From Paramecium tetraurelia (Eukaryota): a stretch of 23,968 bases of DNA. Each line of letters begins with the position of its first letter. The first letter of the stretch is position 1. The notes below the pieces were generated by a model that saw only the letters and a list, made by a program, of their open reading frames with translations, was not told where the DNA came from and did not search any database. A program made the position numbers and the translations under genes. The DNA lies in the NCBI GenBank assembly GCA_000165425.1, contig CT868014.1:248001-271968 (forward strand), written 5' to 3'. Of the stretch, positions 1 through 10,604 are shown in pieces.

Positions 1-652
1 AAATAGTCTATCAGTTTAACTCTAAAAAGATTCTGAATATACGTATAAATTTACAGTTATTCATATGACCTTAAAGGTCGAGATAGCTTTTTAGTTTTTA
101 AGTTGACTCATGTGATTTATATTTGCCTAGACCATAGTTATCTTCCTTATAATCTTTTACTTGCATCTAAGATAGCAAATAATATTACAGCACTAATTGG
201 TAAATTAATTCGATGAGAAAAGTCTTGTTGTCGTTATTCACAAGTTCTAAAATGATAAATTTAACATACTTTAAAATTCTTTTCGAATCCTTTTAAGAAC
301 TTTCGTTATTAGCATTATATCTAATATTTGATGAACATCTTTTCTCTGGTGATTGAAATTTGTCTAAACTTGGAATCAATGTTCTTTTGGTATTTGAATC
401 TTCTCGTGACTTTCTCTCTGTGGCATAATTTTTTGGTCTGGTTATTTCACTCTTGATTGGTGTAGTATTTTCCTTAAAAATTTCAGAACTCTAATGTAGT
501 TTCTTATAAGCCTCATTGTTAGGATTTCTCTTCCCACTCAATACTGTTGGATGCTATTTTTTGCATGATGAATTTAGAGCCTCATAATTGCTTGTAGTAT
601 CTTTCTTATTGGTTAACCTTAAAAACAGTTGGTATTTGTCGTATTATTCCAT
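1..652 (-). CDS. Hypothetical hydrophilic protein; 3' end lies beyond the left edge of the window
   Basis: ATG at 652. With code 6 it reads MEQYDKYQLFLRLTNKKDTTSNYEALNSS... and stays open to position 1 after removing three GTA..AG introns: 247-269 (23 nt), 167-188 (22 nt) and 33-54 (22 nt). No recognisable motif. Confidence 0.75.
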
Positions 653-1096
653 TATATTGGCTAACAGATAATATTTATTTATATAATTTATTATAGATTT
701 ATAAAATCAAAAGAATTCATTATATTATCTTAAATGAATTCTGCAAAAATGCTTAAAGTTGTTTCAATAATTCAGACAAATCAATGATACTTAAAGGAAA
801 TTATTTTTTTTTATATAAAATAATAAATTTTTATAAGAAATTGGGAAAATAATAATTAATTCAAAGATTTTTTATTGAAACTAGATGAAAGTAGATAGAT
901 GTATGATTTTTATACCTTTAATCTGTCGGGATTTATTTAAGAATTATTGAAGATTCAAAAATTCTAAGAATTTAAATAATTTATACTATTTTAACCAATA
1001 ATGATTAAAATTCTTATGTATATACACTTTATTATGTATATATAAGATAAAGTTGAATAAACATTTAAGAAAATAGTGTAATTGCTGATTATAAAC

Positions 1097-1612
1097 ATGA
1101 AATAAGAATTCACCATCCAAAATATTAGATTAAAATATTATAGGAGAATGTTTGTTTGTTGAAGAAGTTGTCAATGCAACTGTAGGAGAAGAATAACTAA
1201 TATATATATATAAGCCATTACCACTTGAGTGATTATTAAAACAGACAATAAACCAAAGAAAAAAATTAAAAATGTTATGAAATAGTTGGAATCATCTTAA
1301 TTTTCGTAATGAGAGTATATGTTATATGAGGCAATTTTAGAAATAAGCTATAACATCAAATGTAAAAACATCAAGAAACTTAGATTGTTTGATTTTGCTT
1401 ATATGATAAATCCAACTCTATAAAAATTATAATCATAGAATTATCTAAATTTATAAATCTATCAAGCAATAAAAAGCTAATAAGTTCATGATTCAGATGC
1501 TAAATCAAACACCTTTCTTAAAAGAAAGATTAAGGACCTTCACTCTCTTAAAAGTTATCCTGTTAATCCTATATATGAATCTAATTATTCAAACTATTTT
1601 AAATTTTTTTGA
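1097..1612 (+). pseudogene. Possible decayed coding sequence
   Basis: Protein-like pieces (IIGECLFVEEVVNATVGEEQLIY..; ..HDSDAKSNTFLKRKIKDLHSLKSYPVNPIYESNY) are interrupted by in-frame TGA and a frame change. I could not build a clean intron model. Confidence 0.25.
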
Positions 1613-1645
1613 TCTACTTTAAAATCTAATATTTTTCTTTAACTT

Positions 1646-2809
1646 TCAAACTTCTGATTCTTGTTTATTCTCACTCAATTCTTCTTCTTGAATTATTATC
1701 TCATTAAAGTAGATATCAATAGATATGTTAGTATCAATATAAAGAACAATAATATCTCTTTCATTAATGAATAATAAACTAGCTGTATCATTTCTAGAAT
1801 TTTGGTCTTCATCAGATTAATTAGTTTGAAAACAATCCTTCTCCTGTCTAACTTTATCTATTAATTAGTTTAGTTTTTGACCTTTCTATAAACTCTGAAT
1901 TTTATCCATCAAGTTTGTCATCAATTTAATTTACGTTACTGTTAGGATTATCTTTGATTTAAGTTATGTTTCTTCTTCCTTCATTATGTAAGATGAGATG
2001 ATTCACTTAATCATTAATTTATAGTTCCCTCACCTTTATTCTACTTAACTTAGACAAAATCCATAGAATCCTATATTTTAATGCACATTCTAATTAGTGG
2101 ACTTAATAACTTTTTAATAATCTACATATATGATTCAATAAATGCTAAATTTATGCTAAAATTTAATTAAATTGAACATAATTTATCCTTTTTGATGAGA
2201 AATAGAATTCGTTGACATCTTGAGATAATATATTATATTCATCCTACAATTTGACAATGTTTACTTTGCGATTTGCATCGTATTTGTTTTTTGATAGAAA
2301 GACTATGAAGAAACGAGGATTTAGACTTTAGTTATTAGTTACTTAGTTATTTCTTCCAAAAGTTTATCCATTTGTTTTTATCAATCATGGAGAATAATAA
2401 ATTTGATAGATGCAGGAGGTTCTTTAAAAAAGAAAAAACTAGGATTTTAAGCCTTAATTTCTTTCCTATTTTAATTAGGTTAAACAAGTTTTTTAAGTTA
2501 ATTTCTATCTTTTAGCATCATAAAAAACTGAAATACTATTATTGGTCTTTGTGCATGTGATAAATTCACTATTTTGATAATATTTGGTCTAATTAGGTTA
2601 TTTATCTTCTCTTAAGTATTATAGAGTGAAATAGACATACTTTATTCCAATGTCTATTTGGTGAAGGATTATAATGATTAAGAATATTCTATGAAATTGA
2701 GTCTTCGATCTAATTTTATTCAATAGAGTCTTAATTGAGGCTGAAATTATATTCTCTTGGTTATAATTTTTAAAGCAGATATTCTTAAAGAATTATCTTG
2801 AGGTTTCAT
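1646..2809 (-). pseudogene. Probable decayed or unresolved gene of unknown function
   Basis: The 3' part is a clean code-6 frame (MKEEETQLKSKIILTVTQIKLMTNLMDKIQSL...IIIQEEELSENKQESEV, TGA at 1646-1648). Upstream, protein-like segments alternate between frames with TGA interruptions. Candidate ATG at 2809. Confidence 0.35.
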
Positions 2810-2906
2810 ATAAATAGTGTAATTATTTATTATCTTAATAATTAAAGGAAGTTTAATATATAAAATAATCAAATAAAAAATATTAAATATTTATACTATA
2901 GATAAT

Positions 2907-4014
2907 TCATTTATTTTGTACCTTAGGATGCTTTTTTGCTTATAGCAATAAATCTTCCACGTCTTTCTAAGAATAAGATTGGTATATACAGTTTATTAAT
3001 CTAAGTGCAACAAACATTCGCTTAAATTATTGACTATCTGATCCCATTCAGACTCTTCCTTTTCCAACCCTAGGATTTTCTCTTGTATTTTAACTACGTA
3101 ATTGATTTTACGTTCCAAGCCATCCAATTCCTTGCCCAATTATTTAATGGAGTCAATGAGTGATTCTTCATCTATTTCTAAAATTATATATTAATAGCAA
3201 TAATACCAAAAGATGTATCCTGTTAAGTAAGTTAATCGACAAGGGCAATTAATTAGGCATGAGTTTCGTCTTATTTTTTGCTGATATTCAAAAATACTTT
3301 ATTCCATTCATTATAATAGTTTTCAACCTTCTATGTATGATTTCTGCGATCCCCTTTCACCAAAGTTCTTTGCAATTATTATGGATTTGAATTGATTCCA
3401 AGTGTAGTAGCTGGCTATTATTATTGCTAGATATTCTTCAATGAGTTTTTCTCAATTAGTTACAAATTCTTTTAATTTTTCTCTATCTCCTCTTTGTTTG
3501 CTATTGCTTTAGTCAAGTTTTCAATATGTATTTTAGTTTGTTAATTAATTTAATTTAATGTGTAGTTTTTTGGTTATGCAGGTTGCTATTATGCAGTTGA
3601 TGGAGTTTGTTATGGTTATTATCCTAAACCTAAGGGTTGTTATTATTGAGGTTATCCAAGTAAATTGGGTTATTAGGTCTGTCCTAATTGTGGTATTTAT
3701 TATTGCGGTTGTCCTAATAATGAATTTGTTTATGGCTATTATCCTGTTAATAAAGTTTATTACTATTATCCTAAAAGTGGCTATTATTGTTATTATTGCT
3801 GTCCAAATATTCCAGTTGATTATTAGTTGTTTCCGAAGGTATTGGTCTATTGTGGTTATCCGAATATTCCTTATGGTTGTTACTATTACCCTAAGGGATT
3901 TTGATTCTGACCAAATAAGTTATTGGTAGGTGCAGGGTTGTTGAAAATTGAAGAAGTTAGGTTGCCTTATTGTTAGGTTGGAGCATTGTTGGTACCTGGA
4001 ATGTTTCCAAACAT
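2907..4014 (-). CDS. FG-repeat nucleoporin with C-terminal coiled coil (Nup62/Nsp1- or Nup58-like central-channel Nup), 351 aa
   Basis: ATG 4014, TGA 2907-2909, introns 3178-3206 (29 nt) and 2967-2989 (23 nt). The N-terminus is Q/N/P-rich with MFG, SIFN, NLFG, GIFG, TFG, GIFG and then LLG/LG units. The C-terminus is heptad-like (LIDSIKQLGKELDGLERKINYVVKIQEKILGLEKEESEWDQIVNNLSECLLHLDQQTKDVEDLL). The exact orthologue is an inference. Confidence 0.75.
3620..4014 (-). repeat. Low-complexity coding repeat: FG/LG units with poly-Gln spacers
   Basis: About 13 imperfect units of (x-I/L-F/L-G)-Q-rich spacer. The Gln runs mix CAA, CAG, TAA and TAG codons. Confidence 0.85.
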
Positions 4015-4129
4015 TATTAATTTAAATTTTAAGTAAAATGAAGAAAAATTATTTTGACAAAATAAGTATACAATTCTTATTTAACACTACTAATAGAAAA
4101 TTGTAATAATTATTGTTACTTTTTGAGCT

Positions 4130-6310
4130 TCAATTGTTGGTGGATTATGAATTATTTGTGGATAATAGATTGCTCAATTTGCTTTATACAATCAATTTAA
4201 ATTTAGCCTACTTATTGAAAACTAATTACTTGATAACAAGGATTATATTTGATACATCCATATTTATTATTATTGGTGCATGGTTGGGATTCAGTTTGAA
4301 AATCTTCAATTTCCATTTGAGGTTGTTCAATTGTTGATTTTTTATGATTCCCTTCTTGGATATCCTTTAATCTCATAAATCCTTTTCTCCTATTCTTCAC
4401 CTGAGATTAGTTTTCAGAATCAACCCTTGTTAAGATCATATCTTCAAATTGATATTCATCTTATTCATTCTACCATTCTTAGTTTCAACATAAATACCTT
4501 TATTTCAATGCCATCTTTATAGGTTTTTCTTTGTAATTTCCAAGGATTCCCACAAAATTAAGGTTCCAATCTTATCTCTGCTTCATCAAAATCCAAATCC
4601 ACATTTCTTAATGTTGGTTGAACTATTGGCATTTGGGGTAAACATGATTGAATTTCAAATTAAGGTAAGAATTTATTAAAATTGATATCCTTTGTTGATT
4701 AAGTAACTTATCTAAATTCGCATTTAATTTATTCCTGAAACCCTGTCTAATAGTTTTCACTGAAAGCAGCACAACAAATACTCTTTTTAGAAATATGTGA
4801 TTATCTATTTTTATAGTTTTCTTCATCAGCCATCTTTTTTATTTTTTGCACTTTTGCTTGATATGTTTTAACTTTTTACATATACAACTACTGATTTGTT
4901 TCATCTATTAAGAATAACAGATATCTAGAAATCTAATAAAAATTCAACAAATATGATACTTAGATGTTTTATTCTGCTAGATTCTTTTTAATGCATGGAG
5001 CATAATAATTTGGGATTGTTTACAAATATTATAGAAATTTTGACTCTACAGATCTTCGTGCATCATCTCTCGTATTTACTAACTGAGTCAAGAGTTCAGA
5101 ATAAATGTAAAAATTTGGAAAATAGCTGAAATTTATATAAATCTGTATTACAATCTTAATTCCATAGTGTTTTGACTTGATGAAAATAGAAACAAACCAA
5201 CTAAGTATTTTGTTACTTATTCATCTCTTTATTCTTGATAGAATATTGGAAATTGTAATAATTTACTCTTGTTTGTTGTTATACCCTGAACATATTTTAA
5301 TAAAGTTGCATTTTCTATTACAATCTCTTAAAATGGTATGTACTATGGTAATCTTGCTTGAAAAGTAACAGTGAAATCAACAAAATATTCAGGTACCGAT
5401 GGATAATTCTACTTACTTGATTTTATTTACATTGAAATCTACAAGAGGGTACTACTCGGGCAAATAGACTTTGGTGAAGATATTAACATGAGGAGCACAT
5501 CTTAATCTAGCTTAAGCAAATTGCTAATTAATTTTCTAAATAGATCTAACTAACCAAGAATTTTATGGGGGATGTACTTCTATTTTAGTTTTTTCAATCA
5601 CAGATTAGATTTCTTCATATCTAATCGTTTGATCTAACATTGTTAATTAAAGAGAGATTTGAGGGGAGATCAATTTAGGATCATCTAAAATTTAGAAGAG
5701 AATATTGTAATCTTAAATTTCAAAACAGACACCTTATCCTATTGATTAAGCGATGTTATGCCAATTAGTTTATATTTAGACTGGTGTAGACTCTTCAATA
5801 CCTGGTGGTTAGATCAAAAATACAAGAAGTCTATAATCCCATCTTATCAATTTATGGAAATCTAGGCCTGAGTACTCCCGATTAGTAAAAACTAACACTA
5901 TTGATGACTCTATCTTTTAGACATCTCTTCCACCATATAGATTATCAGTTCCTGCAATTAAAATATATATATAAATAACCATTTAATGTTCTAAATTTGT
6001 TTAAATTGTGGAAACACTCTTCTAAATTGAAATTGGTCTCAAATTATGGTTACACTGTTTTAATTCTTTGTAAAAAATGGCCAACATCATGTATCCAAGT
6101 TGAGATTGAAGAACTATAGACAATATGTAAAGAACAAAAAATTACTTAGACGAAAAAAGATGGTATTGATCATACTTGGTATTCTGGATTCTTAGTTCTC
6201 TTTTTAACAAAGTATTCAATAGCACTTTTGGCATAATCTAATATAGTAAGTCCATTATATGTTATTTAACAAGAAGATAAACAATTATCTATCATAAAAG
6301 TGAAATTCAT
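4130..6310 (-). CDS. INTS6: Integrator complex subunit 6-like protein (N-terminal vWA domain); +1 frameshift near 6172-6185, so possibly a pseudogene or an assembly error
   Basis: ATG 6310, TGA 4130-4132. Introns 6114-6145, 5952-5979, 5409-5430, 5126-5151, 4470-4497, 4208-4229, and possibly 4933-4959. Collinear matches to recalled animal INTS6 motifs: MNFTFMIDNCLSS..GLTILDYAKSAIEYFVKKR (cf. ILLFLIDTSASM..GTTYLDTAKGAVETFMKLR); FHNLNKFRTLNGTDNLYGGR (cf. FDLLNLNRLVTGIDNYGQGR); RWDYRLLVFLIQPPG (cf. RWDQRLFALVLRLPG); YLQTIPNYYAPCIKK (cf. YLKTMPPYYLGPLKK); CGNPWKL (cf. FGNPFKL). Confidence 0.85.
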
Positions 6311-6439
6311 TTATAAAGGATGTTTATTTTATATTTTAATTTATTTATTGATTCTAAAATGTTAAAACATACTTTATAATTAAATCTCTTTTTACATACT
6401 AATAACTATGATAAAACAAACATTTAATAATTACACATA

Positions 6440-7030
6440 TAATCAACTTCAAAGCAGATTGACATATATATTGTAAAGCGGAGAAGGATTCCATAATATA
6501 ATTCAAATAGACTCCCAATCGTTAATTATTAATAATCTACTGGACTTTGATCAAAATTCAATAGAATTTATAAATACCCTCTTTCCAAGGACTCTAAACA
6601 TTTAATTAAATCATATACATTCGATATATATATATAGATTAAGTCATGTAGGATTTTATTAAATAGTAAAAAACACTATACTAGCCAAGTTGGGGCTCTG
6701 GAAAAACGTGAAAATGATGTTTATTATTAGCCATCTTATTTATGCTATAATATCCACCTTTTCTATCCTTTTTAAATGTATTTATTTTTTTAACAATATT
6801 TGAATACCATTTTTCATCATCTAGAAAAAATATATATATTTATATGATAAATTGATGAAGTTAAATAAAATTTATTATTATTTATAACTACGTTTTACCG
6901 ATACCAAACAAAATTATAAAAAATAACAAAATCCTTTTCAAAGAGTATCTTCATAATTGTGTTGTATTGAGCCCAAGAATTTGAACTAGCCTTCCTGGCA
7001 CTCATTTCTTCAGATATTATTATAGTTCAC
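6440..7030 (-). pseudogene. Possible decayed gene remnant between INTS6 and the kinase
   Basis: Minus-strand protein-like pieces (EEMSARKASSNSWAQYNTIMKILFEKDF; DDEKWYSNIVKKINTFKKDRKGGYYSINKMANNKHHFHVFPEPQLG; QSPWKEGIYNSIEF) are broken by TGA codons. The roughly 1 kb gap is much longer than most spacers between intact genes here. Confidence 0.3.
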
Positions 7031-7285
7031 TATTTTAGATGCTTATAAATTAGCAATTTATATATATATAATATATAATGTTAATATCATAATTATATAA
7101 TAGTTTTCTCATAATTTTAGGGCTTTCAAGTATTGATTAACATAAATAGTGGAAATGAGCATGAAATTACTTATTAATTGTACAATTTCTATTTATATAT
7201 AATATTGAATGTTTGATTGTTGTATTGTTTCAATTTGCTTATTTTGCGCCTGAGATAATATATAAAATATTATATAAATATTAAA

Positions 7286-9071
7286 ATGATCTAGGAAGTG
7301 AATTCTTTTTTCGATATCCAAGAGAATCAAGGAAAATCCTCTAAAATCTGGTAACCTGTCAATATGGAAATATATAATGTAATATTCATTTTATAAACGC
7401 TACTAAGAATGACATCATAGTATTTTAGGATGACTGCAACAAAATCAGTAAAAAATCGAAACAACCAAAATCGATAACAATATAATTAGGGAATGAGCAT
7501 ATTTATCATATTAAAGACTCAAATATAACTTAGCTTAATATAACGGTAGCTGTCATGACAACTTACAAACATGACCAATTTGGCAATATCATTAGAATTT
7601 CTCGAAATGGAAAATTTGTTGATTTATAATTAGATGATTATGCTGTATTTAAGAATCTGATGTCATCGAGATGTCTATAAACAACTTTTCATGATGAATT
7701 CGGAGTTACAAAGATGATAGGAAAGGGAAGTTTTGCGAAAGTGTATTTCGCTACAAAGAAATCCACAGGAGGTAATTATGCGGTCAAAGCATTCAACAAA
7801 GAATTCATGTAAGAGTAATTCAAAGGAAGGGAATCATTAGAAAATGAAATCAAAGTCATGAGACGTTTAAACTAAGAAAATCTAGTAAGATTATACGAAA
7901 CTTATGAAACCCAGAATTCAATCTATTTTGTATTGGATATATTAAAAGGAGGTGAACTCTTAACTCGAGTCAAGTAATCACCCTTAAGTGCTCCAAGTTT
8001 ATAAAAATTAATGTACAATTTGATGAAAGCATTATGTCATTTGCATTCTAAAAAGTGTATGCATAGAGATTTGAAACCTGAAAATTTATTATTAAAAGAA
8101 AAAGATAATGATACAGATATTGTTATAGCAGATTTTGGATTAGCTAGTTTTTTAAATGAAGACATCTTATTTAAAAGATGTGGAACTCCAGGATTTGTAG
8201 CTCCTGAAATATTATTATACAAAGAAGGAGATCCATTTTATGATGAAAAATGTGATGTCTTTAGTGCAGGTGTTATCTTTTATGTTCTGCTAACAGGAAG
8301 ACAACCATTTTAAGGAACTGATTTCAAAGGTATTTTAAGAGCAAATAAGAATTGTGAAGTTAATTATGAAATAAAATAGATTCAAACTGTAATAAAATAT
8401 GATAATGAATATAGGCACCCCTTTAATTGGTAGATTTATTAAAGAAAATGCTATGTCCAGAACCAAAGACAAGAGTATCTTCAGAAGAATGTCTAAAACA
8501 TCCATATTTCAAGGAAATCTTTAAGGAATAAGATCTCATAGATGTTTAAGAGAGTCTCAGAGATTACGATAAGGACTTTGTCTATGGATTAGGCAAATAA
8601 TAAGGGTAAAACAGTAATTAATATCAAAGTCCACCAAGCTAAGTTGGTTCGATGTAATTGTAGTAGAGATAACCAGCATTGAATGGAAGGATTGACACAA
8701 TGGGTTCATTTTCAAATGTATCTAATAATGGATCAGTAACAAGATTAGATTAGAAACCACAATTACAATAAAGCAAATTTAGTTAATTTGGACATATAAA
8801 TAAGTAATAGCCTTAATCAGATGCAAGTAAGTTATTTGAATATATAGACTCACCTTAAATGAAGAAAAATTTGTAATCTGATCTACGTAAGACAGCATTA
8901 AAAAATTCTTTTTAATAACAAATTAATCAATTGAGCAAAGATGATGATTGTGTTAACGATGAGGCTGCTCATTTGGAAGATGCAATATCTAAATTGAATG
9001 CTTAAACACCCAAAATGGGAGGATTAAAAAAAGCAAGCTCATATAAAATACCAAAATCATCAATGGAATGA
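7286..9071 (+). CDS. Ser/Thr protein kinase, CAMK-group-like, with an N-terminal beta-rich (possibly PH-like) region and low-complexity C-tail, about 570-576 aa
   Basis: ATG 7286, TGA 9069-9071, introns 7379-7407 (29 nt, AAG acceptor) and 8389-8414 (26 nt), plus a possible in-frame intron at 8827-8847. All catalytic motifs are intact: IGKGSFAKV, YAVKAF, ENEI, HRDLKPEN, DFG, CGTPGFVAPE, DVFSAG, CLKHPYF. Confidence 0.95.
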
Positions 9072-9083
9072 GATATACTATAA

Positions 9084-9799
9084 TCATTAATCCCGTTTGC
9101 CTGAAAATATTCTATTTATCATCTTCAATTATTGTTTAGTCTATAAAAATGTTACAGGTTAACCAATATTTGGTAACTTGATTTAAGTTCCTCTTAATTG
9201 TTATTTATTAATTGATTGTTTCAATTGCAACTACTACATACATTATTTCTTTGGACATTCAATTTCTTATACGAAGTTGCTCATTGTCTCCCTTTTGCTT
9301 TATCCACTATGAATTCTTAACGCTTATCTGAATCCTTAACTAGAGTTTCTTTGTTAGAAGATTTCAGGGAGTTTCTTCAATTATTTGAAAGGAGGACTTT
9401 AATTTTCATCCTTCATCTATAAGAATTCATTCATAAATTGAAATTAATTTGCAAAACTAATTTGTTATGGGTAACTAGAACGTTGATTTACATTAGAACT
9501 AAATATTCGATAATTTTTTGATTATCTATCCTCAGAACCTATCTATAATTCACATCTTTTTTTCATTCCACTAATCTACGGAGGAGTATGCTATCCTTCA
9601 ATACCAGAATTATCAGAACTTCTCTTGGATGTAGTTCTTAGATATTTATATATTCAATTTACATTTGGGTTGAAGGGTTGGAGACATTATTCTAAACTGG
9701 ATGTTTCAACAATCTTCTTGAATGAACAAATTTTTATTTCATGCCTTAATTATCTACGGGAAAAAAAAAATTTGCTGTCTTTTCTAACTCATCATTCAT
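9084..9799 (-). CDS. Hypothetical basic, Q/S-rich protein, 229 aa
   Basis: ATG 9799, TGA 9084-9086, one 26-nt intron at 9637-9662 (GTAAAT..AAG). The spliced length is 690 nt and fully open: MNDELEKTANFFFPVDNQG...LKMINRIFSGKRDQ. Confidence 0.7.
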
Positions 9800-10038
9800 T
9801 TTTTATTTATTAAACTTAATGCTTAATTTTATTATAATTGCTAGCTTTTCTTGTTCATTCTATTTCTATCCATATAATTAATAATAATATCCAATTAAAC
9901 AATCTACAAAAAACACTTAAACTAATTTAAACTATGAATAATAATCCAGTTGAAAAATCAATAATAATTAGATATGTATTCTCAGAATTATTATATATAT
10001 GAACAATAAGATATATTATTTTGTATTTTATTTAATAT

Positions 10039-10414
10039 TCATTGTTTTGGAATTTGTTCAAAGAATTTAGTTAATTAATCTGGTGGCAACATTCCTGTAA
10101 AATTATTCACTTTCTTTCCATTTTAAAATAACATAACAGTGGGTACTACTTCAATATTATTTTAATTTGCTAATTATTCATGTTGATCAATGTCTATTTT
10201 TATAAGAGTTACATTTGGATGCTCTTTAACTTTTTGCTCCAATATTGGAGTCAATCTCTTGCATGGTCCACACCATCTAGGTTATTATTAAATAAACTTA
10301 CGTTGCATAAAAGTCAACTATGACTGGCTTGCTAGCTTTAACAACATCATTCTCCCAATTTGTGAAGTTTTAAATACTACCAAAGCTTTTAATTAACTTG
10401 TTTAATCTGAACAT
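10039..10414 (-). CDS. Thioredoxin (WCGPC), probably mitochondrial, 116 aa
   Basis: ATG 10414, TGA 10039-10041, one 25-nt intron at 10277-10301. Reads PVIVDFYATWCGPCKRLTP...IKIDIDQHEQLA..NIEVVPTVMLFQNGKKVNNFTG. The N-terminus MFRLNKLIKSFGS is basic and lacks acidic residues, like a presequence. Confidence 0.95.
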
Positions 10415-10604
10415 AATTAAAATAATATAATTAATTACTTTCACAATTGTAATTCCGATGACAGATGTGATCCTCATTAATCATTTCATAGATAAATATG
10501 AAGATCCTCGTCATTTTTAAATAAAATTTACAAATATATAAAATACTCTATTAATTGAAAGTTATTTAGATAAACAATATAATATAAAATATACCTATAT
10601 TTAT

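Noticed and set aside
3558..3929. 123-aa very hydrophobic ORF (+) that looks like a membrane protein
   Set aside because: It is the antisense shadow of the nucleoporin's TAA/CAA-rich repeat region. The minus strand carries the coherent spliced gene.
4113..5368. Track ORFs 4113-4337 (+), 4623-4826 (-) and 5177-5368 (+) as separate genes
   Set aside because: They are antisense or off-frame within INTS6. Only 4212-4400 (-) is in the true frame, and it is an internal exon fragment.
6173..6181. TA-bounded TACCAAG(TA) as a retained IES explaining the INTS6 frameshift
   Set aside because: Removing 7 nt would restore the frame, but this is far below the ~26-bp minimum of Paramecium IESs and does not match the TAYAG end consensus.
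6968..7000. GTTCAAAT on the minus strand resembling a tRNA T-loop or B box
   Set aside because: The flanks do not pair into a T-stem, and no cloverleaf or A box can be built.
8011..8313. 100-aa truncated kinase, plus antisense ORF 8037-8222
   Set aside because: The truncation is an artefact of treating TAA as stop, since the kinase is complete in code 6. The minus ORF is its shadow.
9625..9813. 62-aa ORF (+)
   Set aside because: It is antisense to the 229-aa minus-strand gene and has no motif.
9800..9873. Upstream ATG at 9873 as the start of the minus-strand hypothetical gene
   Set aside because: That frame reaches TGA after 25 codons. The ATG at 9799 gives the open frame.
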